From: Chrysomallon squamiferum
Lineage: Eukaryota; Animalia; Mollusca
Direction: 5' to 3'
Assembly: GCA_012295275.1 (NCBI GenBank)
Contig: CM022678.1
Coordinates: 7,006,001-7,070,000, forward strand
DNA length: 64,000 nucleotides
Below, in pieces: positions 55,442 through 64,000 of the stretch (the stretch's first letter is position 1; every line of letters begins with the position of its first letter). Under the pieces are notes generated by a model that was not told where the DNA came from, did not search any database, and saw only the letters and a program-made list of their open reading frames with translations. The position numbers were made by a program, and so were the translations under genes.

Positions 55442-56075
55442 GTAATATAAATATAAAAAGAAAAACATGTTTTGATATTGCATTTATGCCTATCTATTCT
55501 GCTACTATTATTTTATTATTTTAAATAAACTGTTTTGATAGAATATTGTTTTATCTCTGTTTCGGTTATTCAAATATTTTTGGTCTTCTTGTGTGTTCAC
55601 TGAAGCGCGATCTCGTACATAGCACATAAACAAGACCACGCATGACTGGATAAATAATAAAACAAAAGAAATATGAATAAACAAACAAAACTCTACCTTT
55701 GTGAACATATAATCGACAGCGCTTTTGTTTTATCAGTTATTTGGGTGGATGTTCCGAAAGTATGGCCCCAAAAGACGAAAGAAAGAAAATGCTTCTAAAC
55801 AAGACAACAAACAAACAAAAAGACAAACAATCTATCGAGAAAAAGCTTAAGTGTAAAACATCTCGCTTATATCGAATATATCGATTATAACGAATATATC
55901 GATTAAATCAAACATCTCGCTTATATCGTATATATGGATTTTATCGATTATATCGAATATCGCTTATGTCGAATACATCGCTGACATCGAAGATATCTGC
56001 AATAATAATTGCATTTTATGAACTTATAATACGATGCAGTTTTTACTGAGAACAGACTTGATTAAGTTTAAAATT
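51681..56075. repeat. Large tandem repeat, ~1.74-1.84 kb unit, ~2.5 copies, between divergent copies C and D
   Basis: Unit start gttcatatag...taaattgact.tgaaaagac at 51681, 53518 and 55258. 52490-53500 is nearly identical to 54250-55240. Confidence 0.92.
52180..52600 (+). mobile_element. Putative pogo/Tigger-like MITE remnant with an internal 18-bp tandem array
   Basis: Begins agtgtaaaacatctcgcttatatcgaa and contains an (aacgaatatatcg[a/c]ttat)n array at ~52258-52430. Related copies at ~54210, ~55850, ~56263 and inverted at ~51210-51325. The resemblance to CAGT..CTCG.TTATA.CGA-type termini is from memory. Confidence 0.4.
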
Positions 56076-56332
56076 CAACAGACATTGTAGCGGAACATGT
56101 AAATAGGCAAGAATAACATTAGCAGTGCAAATGAATTGATAGAGTTTTTACTGATAACAGATTTGATTTAGTTTAAAATTCATTAGTCATTATGTCGAAT
56201 ATCTTATTTAAGTCGAATATCGAATTTAAGTCGATCCAGTGGAATATCTAATTTAAATGGATTCAGTCGAATATCTCGTTGATATCAAACTTTTCTTATA
56301 ATACAGTTATCTTCGTTACAAACGAAGCAAAA

Positions 56333-56395
<63 letters not shown>

Positions 56396-56769
56396 GTTTA
56401 ATATTTTTTGAGAAATGAACCAGATTAACAAAAAAAAAAAAAAAAAAGAACAATGCTGTTTACATCATTTACTAACATGAAATGTCAAATTCAAAGTTCT
56501 ACTTTGCACAATAATTGATAAATCAAGATTCAGTCGAAAGTAAAAGTTTTCAGTTTAACGATTTAGATAGTTATCATCTGTCAGGTACCGCACCTTCTGC
56601 AACGAGATAATCCCTCTCCCGCACCAACCCTTCAGAGCGTAACCATTAAATCGATATCCTCCAGTGTCTAAACAACCGTGACCAGACACGCAGTGAATGC
56701 ACTATTGTTACATCCTTTTGTTTCATCACAAAGTGCGTTTGACCACGTGTGCTTAATTACTCTTTGTCG

Positions 56770-56905
56770 TCTTTCACTATTGTCTGTGACACATTCTGAG
56801 TTCAGTATTTACATTAATCGAGTCCATAATTAATCAGTTTCACTACTAGGAGGAGTCTGGGGTTAAATTTCCTGATTTATTGCACTCTCTGATTTATTAA
56901 TGCAG
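56770..56905 (+). promoter_or_regulatory. Probable promoter and non-coding first exon of SLC18B1-like D
   Basis: ttcact...cacattctgagtt (56790-56802) as in the B and A promoters. Strong donor cag|gtaagt at 56906. Acceptor tttaacag before 57589. Confidence 0.5.
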
Positions 56906-57607
56906 GTAAGTAATTGTAGTAGTAGTAGTAGTAGTAGCAATGATAATGATGATGATGATGATGATGATAATAATGATAATAATAATAATTATAATAATAA
57001 TAATGATGTTGCTGACGATGATACTGATGATAATAATAATAATGATGACGACGATGACGACGATGATGATGATGATAATAATAATAATAAAGATAATAAT
57101 AATAACAGTAATAGTAATAATAACAGGAATAATTATGATGATAATTGTAACAGCAATAATAATAATAATGATAATAATAATAGTGCAGTAATGGTTGTAG
57201 TAGCGGTAGCAGCTGTAACAATAAAAATTATGATGAAGATGATGATGATAATAATAATAATATTATTTGCAGTAGTAGTAGTAGTAGTTGTAGTAGTAGT
57301 AGTACTAGCAGTAGTAGTAATTTATTTTTAAAAAATTGGCTCGTTTTCATATACGTAGATATTTAAATAACATTTATTAATTTACTTATACACTATTTAT
57401 TTATATATACAACATATATATGCGTGTGTGTTTGAGTGTGTGTGTGTGTATGCTTTTTTTCATATATAAATTACACACAAACTTATACTCACATACATAC
57501 ATACATACATACATACATACATACAAGTGTGTGTGTATTTTATCTGTTGTTTCTTTATTAAAATATCATTTATGATCTGTTTTAACAGCATCTGGACTTG
57601 CTTCCTC

Positions 57608-62654
<5,047 letters not shown>

Positions 62655-62684
<30 letters not shown>

Positions 62685-62882
62685 GTGAGTATTTCACATA
62701 GCTAGACATTTAGACATTTAGCTATTTACGCAACCCAACATTGTCAGAACACTTACGAGCTGTGAGTATTTCACATAGCTACACATTTAGACATTTACGC
62801 TATTTACGCTCTTTACGCAACCCAACATTGTCAGAACACTGCGAACTGTGAGTATTTGTCGCAGCTAAATATTTAGACATTT
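62655..62882 (+). repeat. Triplication of the exon 7 3' end and donor of copy D (77-86 bp period)
   Basis: caacccaacattgtcagaacact...g.gc(c/t)gtgagtattt...agcta.acatttagacattta occurs three times. Confidence 0.9.
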
Positions 62883-63224
62883 AAAAGTGCTTAATGCGGA
62901 ATGTTTGTTATTTATAAATAATTGTTATATAAGGAAAACCGAAATTTGATTATGTTAAATATTTTCGTAAAAACAATTAGTTCAGTAAATAACTGCATTA
63001 ATAAAGACAACAATAATTTGGAAATGGGAAATAATTGTGATACATTCAATATAGTAATTTTGGAAATGGGAAATATAGTTTTGATATATAATTTATAAAG
63101 AAAATAGTAATTTGGGCATAATAAACAAGTGTAATGGTAAAAACCCAGTAATTTGGTAATGGAGAAAATTAAATTTTAAAGAAAACGGTAATTTGATTAA
63201 AGACAAAATGCGATATAAGAAAAT

Positions 63225-64000
63225 TTTTAATTAAAGATAGTACATTGATAATCGTAAATAACAACAGTATAATTAAAGATAATAATTTGGTAATGGTAAA
63301 TAAAAAACAATATAATTAAAGATAATTTGATAATCGTAAATAACAACAATATAATTAAAGATAATAATTTGGTAATGGTAAGTAACAGCAAAATATTTAA
63401 AGATAATAATTTGTAATGGTAAATAACAGCAAAATATTTAAAGATAATAAATTGATAATGGTAAACAGCAACAATATAATTAAAGATAATAATTTGGTAA
63501 TGGTAAATAATAGCAACATAATTAAAGATAGTACATTGATAATCGTAAATAACAACAGTATAATTAAAGATAATAATTTGGTAATGGTAAATAAACAACA
63601 ATATAATTAAAGATAATAATTTGATAATCGTAAATAACAACAATATAATTAAAGATAATAATTTGGTAATGGTAAGTAACAGCAAAATATTTAAAGATAA
63701 TAATTTGTAATGGTAAATAACAGCAAAATATTTAAAGATAATAAATTGATAATGGTAAACAGCAACAATATAATTAAAGATAATAATTTGGTAATGGTAA
63801 ATAACAGCAATATAATTAAAGATAATACATTGATAATCGTAAATAACAACAATATAATTAAAGATAATAATTTGGTAATGGTACATAAACAACAATATAA
63901 TTAAAGATAATAAATTGGCAATGGTAAATAACAGAAGTATAATTAAAGATAATAATTTGGTAATGGTAAATAACAGCAATATAATTAAAGATAAACAATT
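63225..64000. repeat. AT-rich 42-bp satellite with a 294-bp higher-order period
   Basis: Unit aatggtaaataacagcaatataattaaagataataatttggt. The variant pattern recurs every 294 bp, for example near-identical spurious ORFs start at 63416 and 63710. Confidence 0.9.

Noticed and set aside
63227-63979. 250-aa hydrophobic repeat ORF
   Set aside because: A stop-free frame of the AT-rich 42-bp satellite, antisense within an intron of copy D.

Overview
AT-rich, microsatellite-saturated animal genomic DNA with GT-AG introns. A mollusc-like invertebrate source is inferred from the repeat content and gene families. Almost all short ORFs in the supplied track are simple-repeat artefacts. Genes reconstructed by hand from splice sites: (1) a secreted leucine-rich-repeat protein with an intronless CDS (minus, 1449-2780); (2) a 3-exon claudin/PMP22-family tetraspan gene (minus, 5433-14372, 164 aa); (3) a cluster of four SLC18B1-like (vesicular polyamine transporter family) MFS paralogues in alternating orientation: a decayed copy A (minus, 18255-20687), intact copies B (plus, 29531-38945, 468 aa) and C (minus, 40773-50764, 461 aa), and copy D (plus, 57608 to beyond the window, with a 1-nt frameshift in exon 1); (4) a disrupted signal peptide-PAN/apple-galectin-like gene (minus, 23426-25669) lying in the spacer of a large inverted duplication that joins the A and B promoters. 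Notable non-coding structure: TGACGTCA (CRE) sites in intron 1 of every paralogue, CTCF-like motifs, tandem repeats anchored on splice junctions, a ~1.8-kb tandem repeat with a fold-back, a tRNA-derived SINE head, and a MITE-like element carrying the 5' 18 nt of tRNA-His. All identifications come from reading the sequence and from remembered family motifs. No database search was run.
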